DNA of 62,243 nucleotides, the filler included, from Stramenopiles sp. TOSAG23-6 (lineage: Eukaryota): NCBI GenBank assembly GCA_900128565.1. It is 19 parts of 19 records of this genome, joined end to end, with 100 filler letters (N's around TTAATTAATTAA, not from the genome) between each part and the next. Parts side by side here need not be neighbours in the genome. Positions count along the whole stretch, not along the records: positions 49,305 to 52,468 come from LT637632.1; positions 52,569 to 55,728 come from LT637633.1; positions 55,829 to 58,986 come from LT637634.1; positions 59,087 to 62,243 come from LT637635.1; 15 more parts are not named here. The stretch is one strand, 5' to 3'. The translations under genes were made by a program, and so were the position numbers. Of this stretch, positions 49,809-60,503 are shown piece after piece (within the stretch, counting starts at the first letter, position 1; every line of letters starts with the position of its first letter). Under the pieces are notes generated by a model that searched no databases, was not told the origin of the DNA, and saw nothing but the letters and a program-made list of their open reading frames with translations.

Positions 49809-52416
49809 ATGGGGCTTCATTCAGATCCTGAGACTTCTGTTCGCGTTGCACTCCGCGTTCGACCGATGATCGGACAAGAAAAAGTAAATCGTTGCCAAGC
49901 CTGCATAAAGTGTGTAGAAGGAAAGCCACAGGTTATCATGGGTAAAGACAGAGGTTATACGTTTGATTATGTATTTAGCCCTGATACAGGATATCAAAAA
50001 GAAGTATATGATAAGACTGTGCAACCACTAATAGACGCTTGCTTTGCCGGTTTTAACAGCACTGTTGTAGCATATGGACAGACTGGGTCAGGGAAGACGT
50101 ATACTATGGGTAGCGAATGCAAAAGTGTTTATTTAGATGACGAAGTCGGTATCATTCCACGTGCAATTGCCGCACTCTTTGACCTTATTGCATTGGCAAA
50201 GCAAGAAAATGATGCGGCNCAATTTCTTATTCGCGTATCTTTCATGGAGTTATATGGGGACTCTTTACGTGACCTATCCCCTTCGAGGAAACGAAACAAT
50301 ACTGTACAAATACGTGAATGCAATGGTGAATTGATTACTATTGGATGTGACGAGTGTATCGTGTCATCACCAGCAGATACATTGGCTTTCCTTGAACATG
50401 GTTTGATGCTTCGGACAACCGCCAGTACTTTGATGAACCATGTATGTTTTACTTTTTTTCAATTTTGTCTATAAATATTTTTTCGTACGAAATTTCGTAC
50501 CTAACAAATTGTACAAAAAAAAATATCTTTCACAATACATACTTCGAGTCGTTCACACGCAATTTTTACTATATTTTTGGAACAAGACTTGGGCAAAGAA
50601 ATGCGTAAATCTAAATTCCATTTCGTTGATCTCGCTGGATCTGAAAGAGCAAAGCGAACAGGCGCAGTAGGCTTACGTTTGAAAGAAAGCATGTATGTTT
50701 TATTTTTTTTTCAATTTCGAATTTTTTTTTCATACGAAATTATTTTTCTTGAAATATTTTTCCAAAATACATTAACATCAATTCTGGATTATTAGCTTTA
50801 GGTAATGTTGTATGTTTTATGATGAATAATTTTAAAAAAAAAACATACCAAATTTTGTACCTAACGATTTTTTAAACCAAAAAAACAAAACTTTTTACAT
50901 TATATATATCAGCACTCGGTGACGATAAAAAACGAGGGCGCGTGCATATTCCTTATAGAGATTCAAAACTTACTAGATTACTTCAAGATTCGCTTGGTGG
51001 AAATAGCCGAACTTGTGTAATAGCGTGCGTATGTTTTTAAAATTATTTTTTTTACCTACAATTTTTTTTTCGTACGAAATTTTTTACCTAATATTTTTTT
51101 TTATATGTCTCACAATACATGTTTCACCCGCTGACATTAATTTTGAAGAAACATTAAGTACTTTGAAATATGCTAATCGTGCACGAAATATTAAAAACCG
51201 ACCCGTGAAGAATAAGTGTAAATCCTCCGAAATCAATTCTTTGAAACGTCAAATTGCAGAATTGAAAAAAACAATGGATGACACTCTAAAAAATAACGGA
51301 AAGGATAATAGTACATGTACGTTTTCATTCGTTTAAAAAAAATGTTAGGTACAAAATTTCGTATGAAAANAATTTCAGATCTTAATATTTTTTTTCAAAA
51401 CATTTCAATTTTTATTGACAAATTTCACTTGTAAAACATATTTTTTTACAATACATGTAATGACACGAAATCTAGTGAAATGACGATGACTCTATTAAAG
51501 GTGGCGAAGGCTGAAATTAAACGTTTGCGTGTTTGTTTTCATCATGAATTTCAAATTTATTTATTTCATATGAAATGTTGTAGGTAACATTTTTATTTAT
51601 TTTTTTCCAAAAATATTGTATCTAACAATTTCGTTGTAAACATTTTTTTACAATACATGTGGAGAACAAGACACTTTCTGCTGAATTAGCAAAATGCAGA
51701 ATTCGTGCACANAATATCGAAGATAATGATGAAAATTATTATAAANGTGAAANTCATTTATTAAAACCAAATCTCAGTAAAAGATCATCAACTGGGCACA
51801 AAAGTGATAAAAATATCATAACAATGAAATCAAATGGTTCAAAAAAAATAAATAATTTTAGTAAGACCATTGTGAATTGTCAATCTAAAAATTTCAAAAA
51901 AAATGAAAATCATCAAAAAGATGTGGAGAGAAAATCCAATATTGACGTAGTAGTGCAAGAACTTGAAAAGAATCTAAAAGAAAAAGAAAATCTTATGACA
52001 GAATTAGAAAGAAGATCAAGAAAATATGAAAGTTTGAAAAAAGAATATAGGGAAAAGATGTATGTTTTCAAAATTAATTTTTTTTTTTTTTTTGTACGTT
52101 TTTTCGTACGTAATGATTTTTTTTTCAAAATTAATTTTTTAATCTCAATTTTTTTGTACCTTACAAAAACAATTTTATCTCAATTTTTTTTTCGTACAAA
52201 ACTTCTTACCTACCAATTCTGTTTTTGAGTGTCTATTTCATATACATTTTCAAAATTGATTTTTTTATCTCAATTATTTTACTACAAAATTCTGTACCTA
52301 ACGAACTTGGAATGTAAAATATCTTTCTGTACTCTATGCAACATATGGACCACCAAATCCAAGTTGCAATGAAAGAACGGGATACTTTATTATATGAACT
52401 TTCTCAAATGGAGCAT
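49809..52416 (+). CDS. Kinesin-4-type motor (KIF4/KIF21/KIF27-like), 3' truncated
   Basis: [118 protein letters not shown]. Confidence 0.93.
50442..50540 (+). other. Non-canonical GT..AT intron, family type specimen
   Basis: 99 nt, contains an in-frame stop and no AG dinucleotide. Removal restores kinesin switch [10 protein letters not shown]. Confidence 0.92.
50810..50905 (+). other. Non-canonical GT..AT intron with a register-informative junction
   Basis: GTT|GTATGTTTT..CATTATAT|ATA restores GNVISAL. A 2-nt upstream shift would give GNDISAL. Confidence 0.88.
51029..51120 (+). other. Non-canonical GT..AT intron
   Basis: TGC|GTATGTTTTT..CACAATACAT|GTT restores IACVSPAD. Confidence 0.9.
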
Positions 52417-52749
52417 GTATGTTTTATTTTTTTTTTAACAAAAAAATCGAATTTATTTTTCGTACGAANNNNNNNNNNNNNNNNNNNNNNNNNNNNNNNN
52501 NNNNNNNNNNNNTTAATTAATTAANNNNNNNNNNNNNNNNNNNNNNNNNNNNNNNNNNNNNNNNNNNNAAATGATTTTGAATATGATCCAGACAATGACT
52601 ATGATGATTTAGGAAAATTTTGCTCAATGGATTTTTTCATTATTAATTTTTTTTTTTTTTTTTTTTTTGGTTTTCAAGAAAAAATTAAAAAAAAAAAAAT
52701 TGGAATTTGAAATTTGAAATTTGAAATTTGAAATTGAAATGAAACATAC

Positions 52750-54278
52750 ATTGATCGTGTACACGTAAAATGACGTCATTTTGATGTTCAACTTGACCGA
52801 CAATCATTGCAATTGGTTCATTACTTCCTTCAACCATATTCACATTATTTGTTTCTGTTGTGACAATTTCTGTTGTGACTTTCATAGTATCTTGGTTTTG
52901 TTTCTTTACTAGTGGATGTGTAAATAAACTGTGATTTCGTGTTCTATAGGCTCTCATACGAAATTCACCATTTCTTGTTGGAAGTAACGTTTCAGCCACA
53001 AACACGAAATCTGCTTTTTTATTTTTTATTTTTTTTGTTTTTTTTATTTTTTTTATTTTTTGTTTTTTTTTTATTTCTTTTGTTTTTGTACCAAAATTTG
53101 TACTTTTTTTCATTGTTGAAAGAATTTGTCTCTCAAATACTTTATTTGTACTATTTGATATAAATGTAGGATTTTGTGACAAAACTGCTCGTAAAGCATT
53201 AGGAACTGCAGAATACGAAGCTAAAAGTGAAACTGCCTCCCAGACTGAAAATGGTGGAATCAATCCTGTAGGGTTAGGGTTAGCAAAAAAATGTCCAAAA
53301 TTTTCTTTGTTCATTTGTGTATAGTTTTTCAAAGCTGATGAATTCATCATATCATCTATATAATCCATATATTGTGAAAAAAATGTATATTTGTTTTTTT
53401 GTAAGTACAAAAATTTGAAAAAAAATTTTGAAAAAAAAATTTTGAAAAAAAATTTTGAAAAAAAAATTAAAATGTTTGTTAGGTACAAAATTTCGTATGA
53501 AAAAAAAAAAAGATTTTTTTTTTTTAACGTACATGCTCAGAGGAAGAACAACAAGTTCAGCAGAATATCCACAAAAAAAATCATTTGTTGTATCATTATG
53601 TTGACCCCCTACAGTACTTTTTATAGTTACACAACTTATTTTTTTGGTCATCTTTTCCAAATATTGAGCATGTGTGTCTGATGGCATACATTCGCTTGAT
53701 GTTTGTTTCGAATTTTGTTTTGAATTTTGGTTAGTTTGGTTAGTTGTGTTTCTGTTCAAAACATGTGTGTCTGATGGGATACATTCGCTTGATGTTTGAT
53801 TCGAATTTTGGTTAGTTTGGTTATTTTGGTTAGTTTGGTTAGTTTGGTTCATTGTGTTTCTGTTCAAATGAGATTCTTCTTCGTCTTGTGTAGTCTCGCA
53901 CAGTGTAAAATATAACGGCCGAATGGTCAATAAATTCCAAAATGGTTTGCCATCTTTACGATAATTCAAAATCACCACACGTACAGGTTGTGGGGGATTT
54001 TGGGATAAAGCTTTTCTGATGGTTGCTTTTGTAGTAGCGTCTGTATGTTCACCTTGTAGAAAGTTACATTTAGTGTTCATCACTTCACTTTTTTTATAAC
54101 CAGTAAAAGTAGAAAACTCATCATTTACATAAATTATATTTTCTTTTGAATCTGTGATGACACGAAGTATAGGAAGGTCTACTGGAATTGATTGTATTGA
54201 AGAGCTCCCTGAATAATTACAACAACTATCTAAGCAGAACATATTTTTTTGTGTGCGCGTTGAAACACAAGTTGTCAT
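52750..54278 (-). CDS. LOV (PAS) domain - GTP cyclohydrolase II (RibA-like) fusion; exons 54278-53533 and 53366-52750; 3' truncated
   Basis: LOV: IIYVNDEFSTFTGYKKSEVMNTKCNFLQGEHTD..ILNYRKDGKPFWNLLTIRP. GCH II: AETLLPTRNGEFRMRAYR..EPIAMIVG..VILRVHDQC. The GT..AT intron 53532-53367 joins AGC AT|G GAT in frame. Confidence 0.8.
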
Positions 54279-54852
54279 CTTTTGGTTTTACGTGTTTTTT
54301 AAAACAATGCAATTCCCGTATCAAAAACAAAACAGATACGTCTAAAAGATACAAAGAATGCTAATAAAAACTACTCTTGAGTACAAATGCAGTACCGAGG
54401 ATTAATATATCGAATACTAGTATAAAAAATAAAGAACACTTTTGCTTCTCTACTTTTACCGAAAATTGAACGTTGACACAACAACAACGACACAACGTTT
54501 GTGTGCTTCGGCTTTTTCATGTCAGGCAGATTTTTTTTTGATTTTTTTTTGATATTTCGTGTTTTTCAGTTGATCCAACAATTTCGAAATTTCGAAAGTA
54601 TAAAAAAAAATAAAAAAAAAAAATTATAGTACCTTTATTTTCATAATGTACTACAAATTTGCATTATCAATGTTTTATCTCCAATACTCCAATACACATT
54701 CATTACATTGTATATTCAATACCATCTAGAGTACGATTTTTATTTTTTTTGTTTTGTCAAGTATGAAAATGTCGTACAAAAAAAAAATTAATGTAGAAAT
54801 TTTTCATCAAAATGTAAAATGTAAAATGTAAAATTTTCCATACTAAAAACAA

Positions 54853-55601
54853 TTAATTATTGAATGAGAAATTGGGTGGAGATTGTCCCCCTGCAAGATT
54901 GAATGAAAAAGTATCTTTGTTTTCTGATTTTGATTGATTTTTTGTTGTTCCAAAAATTGAGGAATTTCCAAAGGAAGGCTTCCATTCAGGCGAACCTGCT
55001 CCAAATGCACTTGTTGAATTATTTTCAGACGAACCTGCTCCAAATGCACTTGTTGAATTATTTCCAAATGAAGGCGTAAACGAAGATCCACCACCACCAA
55101 AAGCACCAACAGATGCAAATGGATTTGGTTCCTTTGGTTCTTTTGTAACACTTGCATCACTTGGCACGGCAGCAGCAGCAGCGGCGAATCCGAATGAGGA
55201 TGACGAAGATGAAGATTTCGTGTTTTTTACAGGTGTTTTTGTGTCAGTTGTATTTTTTTTTGTATCAAAATTAAAATTTCCTTCAATAATTTGTGCACAA
55301 GAACCAGACTGAGCAACAAATACTAAATCTCTTGCATTATTATTATACATTTTTGAAAAATATGTGAAAGAAAAAAAAAATTTTGTTAATTTTTTTTTTT
55401 TTTTTTTTTTTTTTGGTTAGGGATAAAATTTTGTATGAAAACTAAAAAAAAAAAAAAAAAAAATCAAACGAATTTTTAGAATAATGAAAACATACAGTTA
55501 AAGAATTCATATCATATTTTGCATAATAATCATTCTTGACATCACTCATGAAGTTTTCTACAGATTTCGTGTTATCAAGTAAAGCAATGACGCAACCTCC
55601 C
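54853..55601 (-). CDS. 3' part of a protein with an FG-repeat-like tail (nucleoporin-like)
   Basis: SFGF, NPF, AFGGG, SFGNN, AFGAG x2, SFGNSSIFG and FSF motifs. Upstream exons are bounded by family introns. Confidence 0.45.
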
Positions 55602-55887
55602 TATATATTTTGAAAATATTTCAAAAAAAATTAATTTTTGTTAGGTACAAAATTTCGTATGAAAAAAAAATAAATTCGAAATTCGAAAAAAAAAAAAATT
55701 GTTAGGAAAACAATTTCGTACCAAAAAANNNNNNNNNNNNNNNNNNNNNNNNNNNNNNNNNNNNNNNNNNNNTTAATTAATTAANNNNNNNNNNNNNNNN
55801 NNNNNNNNNNNNNNNNNNNNNNNNNNNNAAATTTTGTACCTAACAAATTTTTTTAGATTTTTTTTGAAATATTTTTCCAAAATGCAT

Positions 55888-56260
55888 GCCATCCAAAGAG
55901 ACTATAGGAGAATACGATTCCATGCCATGTGACCCTGTCCACAACCAAGAACGTTCTGAATGGGTCTTGCGGTGGTTACGCATAGCAGAGCTCATTGAAA
56001 AAGAGTCAAAACATGCAAAGCTTGTGTATGTAACATTACCATTTCCTCGGTCATGGATGAAACCTTCAAATTGGTTAGGATTCGTAGATATGTATGTTAG
56101 GGTTATCACGATTTTTTTTTTTTTTTTTTGTAGTAAATTTTGTACCTAACAAAAATAATTTTTAAATATTTTTTTACAATATATGTTATCCAAGAATATC
56201 AAGGGATCGGTTGTTTTTGTAAGAGGAAATGGTCGGGATTGTACGATTAATGTTGTATAA
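55888..56260 (+). CDS. SLC12 cation-chloride cotransporter C-terminus
   Basis: LIEKESKHAKLVYVTLPFP..FVDM|LSKNIKGSVVFVRGNG. GT..AT intron at 56092-56184. Confidence 0.75.
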
Positions 56261-56430
56261 ATCTGATTTATCTATTATTTGTAGTTTTTACATAAATATT
56301 TTGGTATTTTGTTTATTTTTCAAAAAATATCAAATGTATTCCAAAGTAAAAATAAAAATTTTAAAAATTAGATTTTTTTTGTTTTTATTTTTATTTTATT
56401 TTGGTGTGAAATGTACGATAAAAATAATGT

Positions 56431-57634
56431 TCATATAACATTTTCACTCACCTCTTGAGATTTTGCAATTGCAATGACTGGATTTTGTTGTTGAAATGGT
56501 GTTCTTTTACCATCCTCTTTAATTTCTATACTTTTATTTGATAAATCATTTACATCATTCGTATTGATGTCTGATTGTGTTGTACTAAAAGAATTTCTAA
56601 CTTTTGAAGAAAAATCATCCAAATGGGCTGCAATGTGGTGACTTCGAACTCCCGCCGAGTGGCTAAAAACAAGTATCAATGTAACTAAGGTCAAAATGCC
56701 TAGGAAGCTACCAAATAAAACAACGGTCACGTCATTTATCAAATGTCCATTATTTTTATCGACTCGCTTTTTTAACCATACAAGTAACACATGTATTTTG
56801 GAAAAATATTTCAAAATTTTTTTACCAAAAAAAAAAAAAAAATTTGTTAGGTACAAAATTTTTTTGAAAAAAAAAAATCGATTTTTTTTTTTTTCGGTTA
56901 AAAAAAAAAAAAAAAATAAAACATACATATACTAGAACTAGACAGAGTAAAGGTAAAACACCAAATAATAATCCTTTTTGATATTGTTTACAACGAATTT
57001 GACTTGCAGAATTATTAAATTCTTCAGAAGCATTTTTGATCTCCTTTGATTTTTCAAGTATGCTCTGTAATTTATTACCTCGGACGAGAAGTACATGTAT
57101 TTTGGAAAAATAGTTGAAAAAAATCTAAAAAAAAATGTTAGGTACAAAATTTCGTATGAAAAAAAAATCATACAAAAAAAAAATAATAAAACATACATCA
57201 ACACTATCTTTGATTGTTCGTTTCAAGTCTTGTAACTTGTCCTTCACTCGTAAGGCTACATGTTTGTCTACCGCAGAGTTCCAATACAACACAGCTTGTT
57301 TCATATCTCTTTTAGCTGCATCTCTACCCCTATTTTCGCCGTCGATGATTGCTCGTGCGTCTTCTAAATATGAATAAATGTAGCCTAATTTTTCTGGTTT
57401 GAATGACTCACAAATACAAGCGTAAATCATGCCGTTGCACGGGTCTGCATAAATGGCTAGTAATAAGTCTGTTGTTTTACCAGGTAATATACATGATACT
57501 TTACTTCCTGCTTGTGGTAATTGCACCTGCTCCAGCAAATCCGCTGTAACTATGGGTGCTTCATGTCCATCTATTGTCACACATTCTCGAACGTGTACAT
57601 GATTAGCGTACACGGCATTCACAATACTAGCCAT
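56431..57634 (-). CDS. Longin R-SNARE (VAMP7-like) with two hydrophobic segments; exons 57634-57197, 57094-56927, 56790-56431
   Basis: Longin-like N-terminus (MIYACIC). SNARE motif VKDKLQDLKRTIKDSVD|VLLVRGNKL has the zero-layer Arg. Both introns are GT..AT. Confidence 0.7.
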
Positions 57635-58092
57635 TGTTGGTTCTACAGATAAAAAATGTAATCCTTCGACTTAAATATGGGAAAATAGCAACAGTGTTTA
57701 ATTAAGCACTGGTGTAAGGTAGATAATATGTTGAAGAAATAAATTATAGTTACACAAAAAATATATATACTACAGCTTACGAAAAAAAAAAAAACGTTTC
57801 TCAACGGCCGTATTGATTGGAATATTAAGTTACCCGGAACCCTTATTATTGCAACACGTGTCGTGTATTATTATGTATTATTATCAGAACAGAACCCTTG
57901 ACAGAACGTTCTACACTACTAGTAGTAGTATACGAACGAAGACGACACACTGTATTCACACCAAGAGTTGACAAAGAATAAAGCATTTCTCTAGTGATAC
58001 GATTAATATAGTGACCAAAAGATTATAATATTGTTGATTCTAGAAGTTATTTCTACAGGTGGGAAGTCACACCTGCCTGATTTGTGGTGAAT

Positions 58093-58873
58093 ATGACGAT
58101 ATTTCGATTCGTTAGTTACCGTGTCGGTACATATGCTGGAACTATCGCTGCAGCTTTTCCAAAAACTAATACGATATGTATGCGTCGTTCATTGACGACA
58201 TCATCAAGAGTGTGTTATAGCAATGCTTCAAAAGGCAAGACATCACCTGCCGGTGTAGTAGTCGAAGAGTCAAGTTCTTCCAACCTTGCTGTTGAAGAAG
58301 AGACACTTATATCAGAATTAGTGAAAAAGACTAGGGGCAGGGATACTACAGTGAAGGATGTTACACGCGAGATTCAAGGTGCTGCAGCTCGATTAGAGTC
58401 TGAGCTTTTAGCTGAAACACATAAAAAATCTATAAAACCAGTGTACAAGGGAGTGAAAGGAGCATCTGCTAGATTAGAAGCAAAACTTTTAGCGGAGGAA
58501 CCAGAAAGCTCCATTGATGCGGTTATTGCAAAAAAGAAACGTCCAGACGCACCAGTGATGAAGCAAATGAAAACAATGACACAAGAAGAAGCGCGATTAT
58601 CAATGCAAATGGCCCGCCTGCAAGAAAATGCTACATCATCTAACTCTTCTAATACTTTGCCTAACCCTAACCCTAATACTTTGCAAATTTCAAAAACTGC
58701 AAAACCTGAAGTACATTTGGATTCCCTCACAAAAAACGATAATAAAAAAGTTGCCTTAAAATTAGCCGTCGAAAATGCTGCTCAAAGTTCTGCACCTCAT
58801 TGGGTACAGAGTATATATTCAGCTCCACGAGTCATTTTTAATGGAATTCTGGCTGGTCCTAGCCAATGGCGTA
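58093..58873 (+). CDS. Probable mitochondrion-targeted protein, first exon
   Basis: R/S/T-rich, acid-free presequence (..MRRSLTTSSRVCYS). Ends at a family donor. No domain recognised. Confidence 0.6.
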
Positions 58874-59186
58874 TGTATGTTTTATTTTTTTTTTTAAACC
58901 GAAAAAAAAAAAAATCGATTTTTTTTTCGTACGAAATTTTGTTCCTAACAATTTTTTTTTTTTTTTTTAAATATTTTTCCAAAATANNNNNNNNNNNNNN
59001 NNNNNNNNNNNNNNNNNNNNNNNNNNNNNNTTAATTAATTAANNNNNNNNNNNNNNNNNNNNNNNNNNNNNNNNNNNNNNNNNNNNAAAAAATTAAAATT
59101 TTACTACGAAAAAAAAAGTTTTTTTAGGTAAAAATTTTACTACGAAAAAAAAAAAAAAAAAATATAGTTTTTTTTTTAAAACATAC

Positions 59187-60276
59187 TTGGATAGTTTTGG
59201 GTATGCTGCAAGATATTCTTTTGGAAAACCAGGAGCTGGATCTTGCCAAAATCCACAACGAAAAAAATTCAGTAGACAGAAAAAGTATACATCACCAAGA
59301 GTCATTATTTATTTTTGGAAAATATTTTCAAAAATTTAAAAAAAAATTGTTAGGTACAAAATTTCGTACGAAAAAAAAATTTGTAAAAAAATAAATTTGA
59401 AATTGATCAAAAAAATGGAATTGAAATTTCGTATGAAAATGAAAACAACGAAAACAAACGTATCTCCACAAAGAAATTTGTCACCGCATGCAGCTTCAAT
59501 TTTTTTGAAATATTCAGTACATGCACCTCCTTCAACAAATAATGCAGCTCGTGCTGCTGATTTTTCGTTTGCGTCAGTGATACTAAACGTTGACCGGAGT
59601 TTAGAAAGAACATCATCTCTACTCTTTGTGAAAATGGGTCAAAAACAAAAAAAATCGTTAGGTACAAAATTTCGTACGAAAAAAAAATAAATTTGAAATT
59701 CATGATGAAACAACGTACAACACGTCAATCATTTCATCCACTTGAAACGCCTTGTAAAAACTATACACAAGATGTCAAATATACAACAAATCAATACAAA
59801 ATCAAATAATAAATAGTATCATATTGTTAGTTACGGTATAGCAAATACATGGATCTGAAGGGTAGAGTGTTGATTTTCCGTCCAAGCTTACAAATTTTCC
59901 AAAATAGCGACACATTGCCTTACTCTGAGTCAATTGAATTCCATTGTCCTGTTGAAGAAATGGCATTTGACCCCATTTTGACAATTTTTTCAAGTCGCCA
60001 TTTTTCCATTCACCATGTAATGTAAATAATATTGTAAGGATACTTGAAATGAATACGTAATGGAGTACATATTGATCTGTTGAGTGTACAATTGAAGTAA
60101 ACATTGTAATATTGAATGCACAAAAGAGTAAATACAAAACCAACACGATTGTCTTCAAAGTCAAACTCTCCAAGTTGAAGCAATAAACGAACTGGTTCAG
60201 CCATTGCTGGGATTCCAAAATAGAAAAGCTTCATNTTGCCTTCTGGGCGCTGTGCTTGAGCAGCAGTGAGACTCAT
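59187..60276 (-). CDS. Glutathione S-transferase (sigma-like), multi-exon, 3' truncated
   Basis: KLFYFGIPAMAEPVRLLL..FEDNRV, KWGQMPFL, LTQSKAMCRYFGK, LYPSDP, AFQVDEMID, TLGDVYFFC. Confidence 0.88.
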
Positions 60277-60503
60277 TTTTTATTTGCTTTTATACTTTCA
60301 AGAGAGTATAGCCAATCTTACCTTTGTGTGTTTGTTTTACTTTTGACCACACAAAATTTTATGAAAAACAAAAAGGAAAAAGGAAAAGGTGACGTCATCG
60401 ATCATCGTCATCCAATTTAAATTTGCTACCTTTTAAACCTACCTATGTCAGGCACATTAGTGTCTTTTTTTGTGTTTTGCATTGTTAAAAGAAATGAAAA
60501 CAA

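Larger units (their letters stand above)
3246..59042. other. 18 artificial contig linkers (N-run + TTAATTAATTAA + N-run)
   Basis: Identical 12-mer with stops in all six frames inside N runs at 3246, 6544, 9840, 13134, 16424, 19714, 23004, 26294, 29583, 32868, 36153, 39435, 42712, 45984, 49249, 52513, 55773 and 59031. Spacing is about 3.3 kb and slowly decreases, as expected for length-sorted contigs. Confidence 0.97.

Noticed and set aside
50440-50538. Classical U12-type AT-AC introns
   Set aside because: An AT..AC register is possible where AT is repeated, but the U12 donor (ATATCCTT) and branch (TCCTTAAC) consensus are absent. Junctions 50810 and 51029 give the conserved residues in the GT..AT register, not the 2-nt-shifted one.
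49809-52416. Pseudogenes, frameshifts or a stop-reassigned genetic code
   Set aside because: In the junctions traced, stops and frame changes fall inside the stereotyped introns. Exons are clean in the standard code and intronless genes end at normal stops.
53533-54278. Aureochrome or phototropin
   Set aside because: No bZIP upstream of the LOV domain and no kinase. The downstream domain is GCH II-like.
3246-59042. Regularly spaced TTAATTAATTAA as a biological repeat, and gene neighbourhoods across it
   Set aside because: Always embedded in N runs. It is a six-frame-stop concatenation linker, so adjacency across it means nothing.
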